Source: an uncultured Actinomycetes bacterium (GTDB taxonomy: Bacteria > Actinomycetota > Thermoleophilia > UBA2241). From it: a stretch of DNA of 64,000 bases. The notes beneath the pieces are model-generated. The model was not told where the DNA came from and ran no database searches. It saw only the letters and a program-made list of their open reading frames with translations. The position numbers were made by a program, and so were the translations under genes. This document shows positions 1 to 9,731 of this stretch, in pieces; within the stretch, counting starts at the first letter, position 1, and each line of letters starts with the position of its first letter. The DNA lies in the NCBI GenBank assembly GCA_963767005.1, contig CAVYCN010000004.1:96001-160000 (forward strand). Reading direction: 5' to 3'.

Positions 1-2812
1 GAGCCGCCTGGAACTCGCGGTTGGCCTGCGCGATCAGGGTGCGGACGCGGCCCGTGACCGGCCCGGTAGGCGTGGTGGGCGTGGTCGACGCCCCGGGCGA
101 GCCGCTGCTCGCCGCGGCCGGCGCGGTGCCGAAGATCTCGGTGAGCGCCGCAGCGAGCGTAGGCTGCATGGCCACGATCTGCTGGCCACCGATCAACGTC
201 ACACCGGCCGACGTGCTCGCCCGGTAGAAGACGACCACGCGCTTGAGCTGGGGGACGGGCGTGACCGACGATTGCAGGTAGAGCGGCTCGACGTAGAGGA
301 GGGAATCCTCGATCGGGATCACGAGCAGGTTGCCGATGATCACGTGCGAGCCCTGCTGGCCCCACAGCGTGAGCTGTTGCGAGACCGTCGGGTCCTGGTT
401 CACGGCCGCCTCGACCTGGGTCGGGCCGTAGACCGTGGCGTTGCTCGGGAACGCGAAGCTGACGGCGCGGCCGTAGTTGGGCGCGTCGGACTGGGCAGCG
501 AGCCAGCCGATCATGTTCGGTCTCCCGTTGGGCACGAACGGCAGGATCTGCACGAACTCGTCGCGGGTCTGCCCGGGCAGCCGCATGATCACGTAATAGG
601 GCTCCATCTGGCCGGTCGGCGCGGAGAGTGAGGTGCCGGTCGGGATCGCCCACTGGTTGTTCTTGCTGTAGAGCACGTTGGGCTGGGTGACGTGGTAGGT
701 CGTGAACATCTGCGACTGCACATTGAAGAGGTCCTGCGGATACCGCACGTGGGCCAGCAGCACCTGGGGCATGCTCGAGAACGGCATGAACATGCCGGGG
801 AAGATCTTCTCGTACGCGCGGATGATGGGGTCGGTGGGATCGGCGACGTAGAACTTCATCGAGCCGTTGAACGCGTCGATCACGACCTTGACGGAGTTGC
901 GGATGTAGTCGATGCCGCCGGTCGGCTGCGAGTACGGGTAGCGGTCGGTCGTCGTGTAGGCGTCGGCGATCCAGTACAGCCGGCCGTTCGCGATCGCCAT
1001 ATAGGGGTCCTGATCGAGCGTCAGGAACGGCGCCGCCGCGTGCAGGCGCTGCACGATGTTGTTGCGCAGGATGATGCGGCTGCCGGGTTCGATCGCGTTG
1101 CTCGTGAAGAAGCGGATCGTGCCGAAGCGCACGGAGAAGGCGAGGCGGTTGAAGAACGAGTTGATGGGGATGCCGCCACTGCCGGTGTAGTGGTAGTTCG
1201 CCGGCCCGTTGGGATAATCGAACTCGGCCGTCTTGGTGTCGACCAGGGTGTAAGTGGTGCCGAGCAGCCCGTAGTAGATGCGCGGCTGGGTGATGGTGAG
1301 GTCGGGTGCGCTCGAGGTCGGGGGCACATCCTGCACAAGGAAATCGGGCGAGCCGTCCGAGGCCACCTGGTTGACCGCCGAGACGACCGCTCCGAAGCCG
1401 TGGGTGTACGTCGTGTGCTGGTTCACCCAGGTCTGCGACTGCGACGGCAGGCCGGCGATGTTCAGCTCGCGCGGCGCCAGCATGGTCTCACGGTACACCC
1501 CGTTCACGTCGTAGCGGTCGATGCTCACGGTGGTGAACTTGTAGTAGGGGCGCAGCTGCTGGAGCTGGCCGTAGCTCGTCAGCAGGGTGTTCTGATCCCA
1601 CAGACGGATGTTGCCGATGGTGCCGCTGTTCGTGACGAGCTTCTGGGTGTTCAGGTCGCCCGTCAGCGGGTACTGGGTCTGCGTTATCCGGTCGAGCCCG
1701 TACGCGGCCCGCGTGGCGGCGATGTTGTAGCCGATGTAGGTGCTCTCCTTGGCCTCCTGGTTGGGGCTCACGATGAGCGACTGGACGACCGCCGGGAAGA
1801 TCACGCGGATCACGATGAGGGCGACGACCCAGCCGCCCAGGCCGTAGAGCGGCCAGCGCCAGCGACGGCGCCAGAAGCCGTTGGCGATGAGCAGCGCACC
1901 GAGCGCCCAGCCGATCACCATCATGACGCGCATGCCGGGCAGCCCGGCGTGAATATCGGTGTAGCCGGCGCCCGCGACGACCCCGCCGCTCGAGAGCAGC
2001 AGGTCCCAGGCCTTGAAGATGTAGCCCGAGCCGGCCAGCGCGATGACGATGCCCAGCAGGACGGACAGGTGCGCCACCGACTGACTGCGCGGCCGCACGA
2101 CGAAGCCGACCGTGCCCTGTCCAGGACCGCGCACGAAGGGGCCGCGGCCGAACGGGCCGCGAGGCGCCTCGGGCTGCTCAGTCGCCGGCGCCGGACGCTG
2201 CTGCGCGAGCACGAGGCCGCCGAGGGCGCCGTGGATGATCACCGCGACGACGAGGCTCGCGATGAGCGCACCCAGCACGAGGCCGTAGACAGCCTCCCAG
2301 GCGGGCAGCGTGAAGACGTAGAAGCCGATGTCGTGGTGGAAGATCGGGTCGCGCGTGCCGAACGGCACGCCGTTCACGGCGCGCTGGAACAGCAGCCAGT
2401 CGGCCGATGCGCCGGCGCCGACGATGATGGCGATGATGGCCGAGAGGATGAGGCCGCCGCGGCGCAGTGCCTGGACGGTGCGCTCGTTGACGTACTCGAC
2501 GACGTCGATACCCTCGAAAGCGCGGTGGCGCGGCGACAGCCGGCGCGCGATCTCGACGTTGCCCCAGAAGATGGCGAAGAAGATGGCGGCGGCGGCCACG
2601 CCGACGATCAGCCGCGACCAGATCTCGCGCCAGAACACCACCCGCAGACCGATCTCGCCGAACCAGAGCCAGTCGGTGTAGGCGAGCAGGTACAACGCGA
2701 ACAGGACCACGGCGAGGATGACGGCCGCGACGACGATGCCGATGAGACGGCCACGATGGTGACCGGCCGGCGTCCCCGGCTGCTTCGCCGGCATGTGGTA
2801 GACCTTGGCCAT
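1..2812 (-). CDS. UPF0182 family membrane protein (3' end runs off the window)
   Basis: Manual minus-strand translation from ATG 2812: MAKVYHMP...LLAYTDWLWFGEIGLRVVFW, later DPIFHHDIGFYVFTLP, GAGYTDIHA, NIRLWD, YIRNSVKVVIDAFNGS, typical of UPF0182. Missing from the ORF track because there is no stop in the window. Confidence 0.9.
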   Translation of the reverse strand, partial: MAKVYHMPAKQPGTPAGHHRGRLIGIVVAAVILAVVLFALYLLAYTDWLWFGEIGLRVVFWREIWSRLIVGVAAAAIFFAIFWGNVEIARRLSPRHRAFEGIDVVEYVNERTVQALRRGGLILSAIIAIIVGAGASADWLLFQRAVNGVPFGTRDPIFHHDIGFYVFTLPAWEAVYGLVLGALIASLVVAVIIHGALGGLVLAQQRPAPATEQPEAPRGPFGRGPFVRGPGQGTVGFVVRPRSQSVAHLSVLLGIVIALAGSGYIFKAWDLLLSSGGVVAGAGYTDIHAGLPGMRVMMVIGWALGALLIANGFWRRRWRWPLYGLGGWVVALIVIRVIFPAVVQSLIVSPNQEAKESTYIGYNIAATRAAYGLDRITQTQYPLTGDLNTQKLVTNSGTIGNIRLWDQNTLLTSYGQLQQLRPYYKFTTVSIDRYDVNGVYRETMLAPRELNIAGLPSQSQTWVNQHTTYTHGFGAVVSAVNQVASDGSPDFLVQDVPPTSSAPDLTITQPRIYYGLLGTTYTLVDTKTAEFDYPNGPANYHYTGSGGIPINSFFNRLAFSVRFGTIRFFTSNAIEPGSRIILRNNIVQRLHAAAPFLTLDQDPYMAIANGRLYWIADAYTTTDRYPYSQPTGGIDYIRNSVKVVIDAFNGSMKFYVADPTDPIIRAYEKIFPGMFMPFSSMPQVLLAHVRYPQDLFNVQSQMFTTYHVTQPNVLYSKNNQWAIPTGTSLSAPTGQMEPYYVIMRLPGQTRDEFVQILPFVPNGRPNMIGWLAAQSDAPNYGRAVSFAFPSNATVYGPTQVEAAVNQDPTVSQQLTLWGQQGSHVIIGNLLVIPIEDSLLYVEPLYLQSSVTPVPQLKRVVVFYRASTSAGVTLIGGQQIVAMQPTLAAALTEIFGTAPAAASSGSPGASTTPTTPTGPVTGRVRTLIAQANREFQAA

Positions 2813-2961
2813 GGCGCCATTATGGCAGATTGCGGGCCGGTCGAAGCCCATTGCAGTCGGACGGCCGCCGAGATGACGGCGGCGGCGGTCGGCTCGGCGC
2901 CCGGCGGCGGCCGCGACGAGAGCGAACCGGCGCTACTCCGCCGGGCGACTTCGTCGTGGGC

Positions 2962-3172
2962 GCTCAGGCGAGCGTGGCTTCGCTGCGCGCCTAGTGCCGA
3001 TGATCGACTGCGTCGTCACCGCTCAGGCGAGCGTGGCTTCGCTGCGCGCCTAGTGCCGATGATCGACTGCGTCGTCACCGCTCAGGGGAGCGTGGCTTCG
3101 CTGCGCGCCTAGTGCCGATGATCGACTGCGTCGTCACCGCTCAGGCGAGCGTGGCTTCGCTGCGCGCCTAGT
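2962..3172. repeat. Tandem repeat, 59-bp unit x ~3.6 (GCTCAGGCGAGCGTGGCTTCGCTGCGCGCCTAGTGCCGATGATCGACTGCGTCGTCACC)
   Basis: Units start at 2962, 3021, 3080 and 3139 (partial); one substitution in unit 3; no spacers. Confidence 0.95.
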
Positions 3173-5255
3173 CGGCGGCGGGTGCGGGACCGGTCAGCGG
3201 GTCCCAGCGCCGCGCCTCGTCGCCCAGGAAGGCGAGAAAGCGATTGACCATGCGCGGATCGAGGCGCCGGCCGGCCGCGGCGCGCAGCGCCCCGGCGCCG
3301 TCGGCGCCGCGCGTGAAGGTGCGCAGCACGGCGAGGGCGCGGGCGACGCGCGGGATGTGGTCGCCGCGCAGCCCCTCCGGGTAGCCCGTGCCGTCCCAGC
3401 GTTCGTTGCCGTACAGCAGGGCATCGACCAGGTGGTCGACCGCCGGCGTCTCTCCGCCGGCGGAGAGCGGCACGGGTCCGCCGCCCGGCCGCTCGTCGCC
3501 GGCGCTCGCGGTCTCGAAGGCCCGCAGCGCCCCGGCCAGGGCGTCGACCTCGCTTGCCGAGAAACCCATGCGCGCGGCGAAGCGCCGGCCGAGACCGGCG
3601 AGCGGCGACTCGCCCGGCGCTGTGGCGCCGCGGCCCTCGTCGCCCGACGTGAACACGCAGTTGCGGCCGCGCGCCTTGGCGCAGAGCAGGGCCGCGTCGG
3701 CCGCTCCCAGGACGCCGTCGGTGTCGGTCGCGTGGCGCGGGAACGAGGCGATGCCGACCGAGATCGTCACCGAGAGGCCGGGCTCGATCGCCGACAGGTC
3801 GGCGACCTGGGCGCGGATGCGCTCGGCCACCCGGCTCGCCTCGTCGACGTCGGCGTGCGGCAGGATCATGGCGAACTCCTCGCCACCGTAGCGGGCCGCG
3901 AAATCGGACTCACGCGAGCAGCTCCGCAGCACCTCGGCCACGTCGCGCAGCACGTCGTCGCCGCGCTGGTGGCCGACCGAGTCGTTGACCGCCTTGAAGC
4001 GGTCGAGGTCCATCATCAGCAGGCAGAACTCGGTGCCGTAGCGCTCGGAGCGCGCGACCTCGAGGCCGAGCGCCTCCTGGAAGCGGCGGTGGTTGTAGAG
4101 GCCGGTGAGACCATCGGTCGAGGCCTGGACCTCCATCTCCTTGTACGAGCGCGCGTTGCGGATGGCGATCGCCGCGAGGTTGGCGAAGAGCTGCACGTTC
4201 TCCATCTCGCGCTGCTCGAACGTGCGCCCGGCCAGGCGATCGACGGCCAGCAGGCCGATCACCGCGCCCATGAAGCGCAGGGGCACGAGCACGGAGGCCT
4301 GCGGCTCGAGGTCTGTGCCGGGCACGAGCACCGCGCGCGGATCGTGGATCATGTCGTTCACGAGCTGCGGCTCGTCGTGACGCACGACCCAGCCGCCGAC
4401 GCCCTGGTCGAGCGGCTGGCGGAAGCGCAGCATCTCGTTCGCCCACTTGTCCTGGGCGAAGATCGTGACGAGCTCGTTGGCGCTCTCGTCGACGAGCGCG
4501 ATGTCGATCGTGTCGTGGTCGACGAGCATCTTGAGGACATCGGCGATCTGGACGAAGACGGCGTTGTGATCGAGTGTCGACAGCAGCGCGCCTGACACGT
4601 CGAGCAGCTCGTGGCGCACCTTGAGCTGCTGCTCGAGCAGGTCGGTAGTGTGCTCGAGCTCCTCGTACTGGCGGGCGCTCTCGACGGCGGCCGCGGCGAA
4701 CGTGGCGAAGACCTCGAGCTCCTTGGCCTGATCGAGCGTCGGCAGCCGGCCGTCGCCGGGGTCGCCCAGGTCGAGGACCCCGATCATGCGGTTGGAGCGA
4801 TCGCGCAGCGGCACGAAGAGTTTGTCGCCGCGCTGCCACGAGCCCACGGGGCGCGGCGACTCGCCGGGAACGGGCGCCGGGAGAGGGAACAGGCGGCGCT
4901 CCTCGTCCGTATACTCGTGCTCGCGATGATCGATGAAGAAGGCGCAGCCGATCTGGTGGCGCTCGGCCAGGAACGGCCCGAAGGCAGCGACCGGCACCGG
5001 CGTGTCGAGGATCGCCTGGTCGCGAGCCTCGTCGCGCCCCACCACGGCGTGCGCGCGGAAGACGTCGCCTTCGGCCGCGTTCAGATAGACGGTGACTTCG
5101 TCGAAACCGAACGTGCGCGCGGCCCCCGTCGCGATGGAGCGCACCACGCCGGAGAGGTCGGGGCTCGATCGCAGCAGGTTGCCGAGCTGCACGAGACTCG
5201 CGAGAAGTCCGTCCACACCGGGATCGGTCGATCGTTCCTTGCTGAAGATGCCCAG
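3168..5255 (-). CDS. GAF-GAF-GGDEF diguanylate cyclase with a truncated, degenerate HD-GYP-like tail
   Basis: DGLTGLYNHR, MMDLDRFKAVND, RYGGEEF; tail ERWDGTGYPEGL without an HD motif. Start uncertain: CTG 5255 behind AAGGGGGG, or GTG 5216. Confidence 0.85.
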   Translation of the reverse strand: MGIFSKERSTDPGVDGLLASLVQLGNLLRSSPDLSGVVRSIATGAARTFGFDEVTVYLNAAEGDVFRAHAVVGRDEARDQAILDTPVPVAAFGPFLAERHQIGCAFFIDHREHEYTDEERRLFPLPAPVPGESPRPVGSWQRGDKLFVPLRDRSNRMIGVLDLGDPGDGRLPTLDQAKELEVFATFAAAAVESARQYEELEHTTDLLEQQLKVRHELLDVSGALLSTLDHNAVFVQIADVLKMLVDHDTIDIALVDESANELVTIFAQDKWANEMLRFRQPLDQGVGGWVVRHDEPQLVNDMIHDPRAVLVPGTDLEPQASVLVPLRFMGAVIGLLAVDRLAGRTFEQREMENVQLFANLAAIAIRNARSYKEMEVQASTDGLTGLYNHRRFQEALGLEVARSERYGTEFCLLMMDLDRFKAVNDSVGHQRGDDVLRDVAEVLRSCSRESDFAARYGGEEFAMILPHADVDEASRVAERIRAQVADLSAIEPGLSVTISVGIASFPRHATDTDGVLGAADAALLCAKARGRNCVFTSGDEGRGATAPGESPLAGLGRRFAARMGFSASEVDALAGALRAFETASAGDERPGGGPVPLSAGGETPAVDHLVDALLYGNERWDGTGYPEGLRGDHIPRVARALAVLRTFTRGADGAGALRAAAGRRLDPRMVNRFLAFLGDEARRWDPLTGPAPAAD

Positions 5256-5442
5256 CGGGTGACCCCCCCTTGCCCGCGCGTCCCACCGTCGCGCACACTG
5301 CGAAGCCGTGCCCGTATAGTAACCCCAGACAGGAGCCCGCGCGGGGGTTCCGGAGGGCCTGCGGGCCGGTATGCGTTGTCCGGGCTGTGCACGCTCGGGC
5401 GGCGGCGGGGTCCGGCCACGGCCGGACCCCGCCGCCGCGCCG

Positions 5443-6271
5443 TCACGCGTCGTAGGGCGGCAGCTTGAGGATGCGGCGCGCCTCGTCGGGCGTGGCGGCG
5501 TCGCGGTCCCACTCCTTCGCAAGACGCGCGACGCGCCCCACGAGCTCGGCGTTCTCCTTGGCGAGGACGCCCTTGTGCAGGAAGATGTTGTCCTCGAAGC
5601 CGAGGCGCACGTTGCCGCCCAGGGCGAGGGCGGTCATGGTTATCGCCATGTGCCAGCGGCCGATGCCGGTGCAGGTCCAGGTCGAGCCCGCGGGCAGCCG
5701 GTCCACCAGGAAGGCGAGGTTGCGCGGCTCGCCGCTCATCGAGCCCGGCACGCCGAGCACGAAGTCCCAGTGGGTGAGCGGCCCGGCCGGGCCGTACTTC
5801 TTGACCAGCTTCAGCGCGTTGTCGATCTGGCCCGCCTCGAAGATCTCGAACTCGGGGCGGACGCCCTTGGCCTGCATGCGCTGGTAGAACTCGCTCATCA
5901 GGGCGGTGTCGTTGAAGAACACGTCGTCGCCGAAGTTGGCCGTGCCGGTGGTCAGCGACGCCATCTCGGGACCGAGCTCGAGCGGCTGCAGGCGCTCGTC
6001 GGCGGTCATGCCCATGGCACCGCCGGTCGAGGTCTGGATGATGATGTCGGTGCGCTTGCGGATCTCCTCGATGGCGGCCGCGAAGACCTCCTTTGCCTGC
6101 GTCGGAGCGCCGGTCGCGTCGCGCACGTGCAGGTGGAACATGGCCGCACCGGCCTCGCGGCAGCGGGACGGCGTCGGCGCCGATCTCGACGGCGCTGACC
6201 GGCAGCGCCGGCTGCGCCTCTTTCGTCGTCTCGGCGCCCACGCCGGCGACGGTGATGATCAGCTTCTCCAT
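5443..6271 (-). pseudogene. kce: 3-keto-5-aminohexanoate cleavage enzyme (BKACE/DUF849) with a single extra base near 6165-6167 (frameshift or sequence error)
   Basis: N-terminus MEKLIITVAGVGAE..EIGADAV (ORF from 6271) continues in another frame as RCREAGAAMFHLHVRD..QTSTGG..RLGFEDN. Removing one C from GTC-C-CGC restores the full ORF. Confidence 0.85.
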
Positions 6272-6351
6272 CGGACCCTCTCTCAGGTCGTCGGTGTGCG
6301 CGCGGCGGCGACGATCCCCTCCACCCGCGCCTCCTCGCGTTCAGGCGGCCG

Positions 6352-7623
6352 CTACCGCTTCCAGGGATGCGACGCGGCCACGCAGGCGAGCGACTCCTCG
6401 ACCACGTCGAGGGCGCGCGTCAGGTCGGCCTCGGTGTGGCGGTAGCAGATGTACCAGTGGTGGTAGGGCTGCACGAACAGGCCGCGCCGGATGCACTGCG
6501 TGTAAAACTCGGTGCGGCGCTCCTTGTAGTGGTCGTCGACGTGGTCGAAGGTGAGGAACGGCATCGGCGGGATCCCGCTCCTGGTGACCGGCACGCCCGA
6601 GGCGTCGACGATCGCGCCGAGCCGCTCGAGGAACCGCGTGCCGCGCTCCCAGATCGCGTCCTGCACCTTCTCGCGCTCGAGGATGTCGAGGCACTTCATG
6701 CTGGCCGCCATCTCGAGGCTGTTGGGGAAGTACGTCGAGCTCAGGAAGGCGTCCTTCACGTAGACGCTCATGACCTCGCGCTTGCCGACCAGGGCGGCGA
6801 TCGAGTAGCCGTTGGCCATCGCCTTGCCGACGGTCGTCAGGTCGGGCGTCACGCCGTAGCGCTCGCTCGCGCCGCCCATCGACACGCGAAAACCGGTACG
6901 GATCTCGTCGAAGGTGAGCACCGCGCCGTTGGCGTGCGTGAGCTCCTTGACGGCCTCGAGATAGCCCGGCGGGGGGGCCATGACGGGCTTGGCCATGGGG
7001 TGTCCGACCGGGGTGACGATGACGCCGGCCACCTTGCCGGGGTTCTCGGCGAAGACGCGCTCGAGATCGGCGATGTCGCCGTACTCGAACTCCTTGGTGA
7101 GCTCCCAGACGGCCTGCGGCACGCCGCCGTGATGCTCGACGCACCAGTCGCCCCAGCCGTGGTAGCCGCAGCGCGCGACGACTTCGCGGCCGGTGAAGGC
7201 GCGCATGGCGCGCACGGCGGCGTTGGTGGCGTCGGAACCGGTCTTCACGAGGATCGTCTGCTCGCCGCAGGGCATGATGTCGGCGAGGCGCTGCTCGAGC
7301 TCGTTCTGCAGCGGCTGCACCAGGCTGAAGCAGAAACCCTTGTCCATCTGTGCCTTGGCGGCGTCGTTGATCTCGGGCTCGACGTAGCCGAGGATGATCG
7401 GCCCGTAGGCGCAGAGCATGTCGATGTACTCGTTGCCGTCGACGTCGAAGATATGGCCGCCCTCGCCGTGAGTGATGAAGACCGGGTATTCGCCGATCAC
7501 GAAGTTGTAGGGCCGGCGGATGCCGCCGACGCCGCCCGGGGTAAGGCGTTGCGCGTCGTCGAGCATCGACATCGACTTCGCGAGGTTCAGCTTGGGCGCG
7601 CTCTGCACGGATCGTGTGGTCAT
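6352..7623 (-). CDS. kat: Class III PLP aminotransferase, likely 3-aminobutyryl-CoA aminotransferase
   Basis: FDEIRTGFR, GKAMANG. From memory, PGGVGGIRRPYNF, FLSSTYFPNS and VQPYHH resemble Cloacimonas Kat rather than HemL. Directly upstream of kce. Confidence 0.75.
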   Translation of the reverse strand: MTTRSVQSAPKLNLAKSMSMLDDAQRLTPGGVGGIRRPYNFVIGEYPVFITHGEGGHIFDVDGNEYIDMLCAYGPIILGYVEPEINDAAKAQMDKGFCFSLVQPLQNELEQRLADIMPCGEQTILVKTGSDATNAAVRAMRAFTGREVVARCGYHGWGDWCVEHHGGVPQAVWELTKEFEYGDIADLERVFAENPGKVAGVIVTPVGHPMAKPVMAPPPGYLEAVKELTHANGAVLTFDEIRTGFRVSMGGASERYGVTPDLTTVGKAMANGYSIAALVGKREVMSVYVKDAFLSSTYFPNSLEMAASMKCLDILEREKVQDAIWERGTRFLERLGAIVDASGVPVTRSGIPPMPFLTFDHVDDHYKERRTEFYTQCIRRGLFVQPYHHWYICYRHTEADLTRALDVVEESLACVAASHPWKR

Positions 7624-7872
7624 GCGTGACTCCTTTTCATGCGAAAGATGCGTCGATTCTATGCCTTCCGCGAGGCCCGGCCGCCGCCCGCCGCGGCCGC
7701 CGCGGCGTTCGGCGGCCGGCCGTGCTGGACATCGCGGCGACCGGGTCGTTTCAGCCGGGGTCGGACAGGCGGCGGCGCAGCGCGGCGCGGCGGCGCAGCG
7801 CGGCGCGGCGCCGCAGGACCGCGGCGGCGCCGTGACCGCCGGGGGCCGGCGGCCGCGATGGACGGCACCGGC

Positions 7873-8808
7873 TCACGCCGGCGCCGTCCCGTCGGCGACC
7901 GCGTCGCGCTCGCCGAAGAGCACGACGAGCAGGCCCGCCAGGATGATGAGCGCGCCGCCCACGATGGTCCAGGTCGCCGGCCGCTGGCCGAGCAGCAGCA
8001 GGGCGTAGAGCGGGGCGCTCACCGGCTCGAGGTAGCCGAGGATCGAGGAGTGCTGCACGCGGATGCGGCTCACGCCCTCGGTCCACAGGGTGTAGGCGAG
8101 GGCCGTGCAGACCAGGCCGAGCAGGACGCCGATCAGCAGGTCGTGGCCGGACAGGGAGCGGCCGGCGCCCACCGTCTGCCACAGCGCGAGCGGCAGCAGG
8201 ACGACGGCGTCGATCACCATCTCGCTGATCACGATGGTGACGGCGCCGACGCCGCGATCGGTCAGGTCCTTGACGACGAGCTGGAAGGTGGCGTAGCCGA
8301 TGCCCGACACCGTGCCGGCCGCGAGACCGACCGTCGATACGCGCACGCCCTGCCCGAGGACGCCCGGCACGAGGATCGTCACGAGGCCGGCGAGGGCGAC
8401 CGCAAGCGCTACGTAGACCAGTGGCTCGGTGCGGACGTGGAGCAGGCGCGGCGCGGCGAGCGCCACGTACACGGGCGCCGCGAACTCGAGGAACATGCCG
8501 ATCGAGACGTTCGTGTCGCGCAGCGCGACGAAGAAGAGTAGCAGCGTGGCCGCGTCGACCAGACCCATGAGGAGCAGGCGCGGCGCGATCCCGGGACGTC
8601 GCACGCCGGCGAGCGGCCGGCGGCGCGCGAAGACGGCGCCCAGCACGACGCCGGCCGTCGCGAAGCGCACCACGAGCAGCGCGCTCTCGGGGGCGGTCGT
8701 CGAGTCGACGAGCGCCCCGATCGCCCCCATGATCAGGTACGACACACCGACCAGAGCGTAGCCGCGCAGGGCGTTGCGACGGGCCGTGACGGCGGTGTCC
8801 GGCGTCAT
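7873..8808 (-). CDS. EamA/DMT family transporter
   Basis: About 10 hydrophobic segments, ILGYLEPVSA motif; ATGA overlap with the upstream gene. Confidence 0.88.
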   Translation of the reverse strand: MTPDTAVTARRNALRGYALVGVSYLIMGAIGALVDSTTAPESALLVVRFATAGVVLGAVFARRRPLAGVRRPGIAPRLLLMGLVDAATLLLFFVALRDTNVSIGMFLEFAAPVYVALAAPRLLHVRTEPLVYVALAVALAGLVTILVPGVLGQGVRVSTVGLAAGTVSGIGYATFQLVVKDLTDRGVGAVTIVISEMVIDAVVLLPLALWQTVGAGRSLSGHDLLIGVLLGLVCTALAYTLWTEGVSRIRVQHSSILGYLEPVSAPLYALLLLGQRPATWTIVGGALIILAGLLVVLFGERDAVADGTAPA

Positions 8809-9731
8809 GGGTCGCCGGCCTCGACCGGCGCGGCCGTAGCGGGAGCGACGTCGCTCTCGCCCGCGCCGAAGCGCACTACGATCACGCCGGCGCCGATGAT
8901 GAGGACGCCGCCGGCGACGGTCCACAGCGACGGCACCTGGCTCAGGAAGACCAGGGCGTAGATGGGCGCGCTCACCGGCTCGACGTAGCCGATGATGCCG
9001 GAGTGCTGCACCTTGATGAAGCGCATGCCGTCCATCACCAGGCTGAAGGCGAGCGCCGTGCAGACGACGCCGAGATAGGCGGCGATGCCGAAGTTGCGCA
9101 GCGTGAAGTCGGCCGCCGGCGTCTGCAGCAGACCCAGCGGCAGCAGCACGGCGGCGGCCAGCACGCTCATCGCGAACACGATGGTCGTGGCGTGGACCTC
9201 GCGGCGCCGGAGCTGTTTGCCGCCGATCAGGTAGATCGAGTACATGACGCCGGCGAGCGTGGCGAAGAAGAGGCCGTAGGGCGTGAGCCGTACGCTTTCG
9301 CCGGTAAGGCCGGGCACCAGGATGAGGGCCATGCCGGCCAGGCCGACGCCGACGGCGGCGTAGACCGCGCCCTCGGTGCGCCCGCCCTCCAGGTGCGGAG
9401 CGACGAAGGCGATGTAGAGCGGCGCCAGGTACGACAGGAAGATGGCGACCGCGACGCCCGTCTGGCGGATGGCGATGAAGTAGCTCACGAGGTTCACCGC
9501 GAGGGCGACGCCCAGGATCAGCAGGCGCACGGTCGTGCCGCGGTCGGCGACCAGAGTGCGAAAGTCGCGACGCACGGCGACGACGACGCCCAGGACGAGG
9601 GCGGCGAACAGCATGCGCACCGCGACGAGCATGACCGAGGGCATGGTCGCGTAGGTCACGAAGACACCGATCGAGCCGTTGATGAGTCCGGCCGTGAGGG
9701 TCTCGCCATAGCCGCGCAGACGGTGGCTCAC
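8805..9731 (-). CDS. EamA/DMT family transporter
   Basis: VSHRLRGY..., IIGYVEPVSA motif; GTGA overlap with the upstream gene. Confidence 0.88.
   Translation of the reverse strand: MSHRLRGYGETLTAGLINGSIGVFVTYATMPSVMLVAVRMLFAALVLGVVVAVRRDFRTLVADRGTTVRLLILGVALAVNLVSYFIAIRQTGVAVAIFLSYLAPLYIAFVAPHLEGGRTEGAVYAAVGVGLAGMALILVPGLTGESVRLTPYGLFFATLAGVMYSIYLIGGKQLRRREVHATTIVFAMSVLAAAVLLPLGLLQTPAADFTLRNFGIAAYLGVVCTALAFSLVMDGMRFIKVQHSGIIGYVEPVSAPIYALVFLSQVPSLWTVAGGVLIIGAGVIVVRFGAGESDVAPATAAPVEAGDP

Noticed and set aside
692-3112. 806-aa + strand ORF and similar long ORFs (57159-61355, 23609-25720, 10711-12636, 39956-41842)
   Set aside because: Antisense or off-frame shadows of real genes in a very GC-rich genome; Arg/Ala/Gly-rich with no motifs.
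2962-3172. Possible CRISPR array
   Set aside because: Units are contiguous and near-identical with no unique spacers; no cas genes in the window.
6352-7623. hemL (glutamate-1-semialdehyde aminomutase)
   Set aside because: Lacks the PGGVNSPVR and GTLSGNP signatures; context next to kce favours Kat.
7770-7812. Short 18-bp GC-only duplication upstream of kat
   Set aside because: Low-complexity slippage repeat with no evidence of function.
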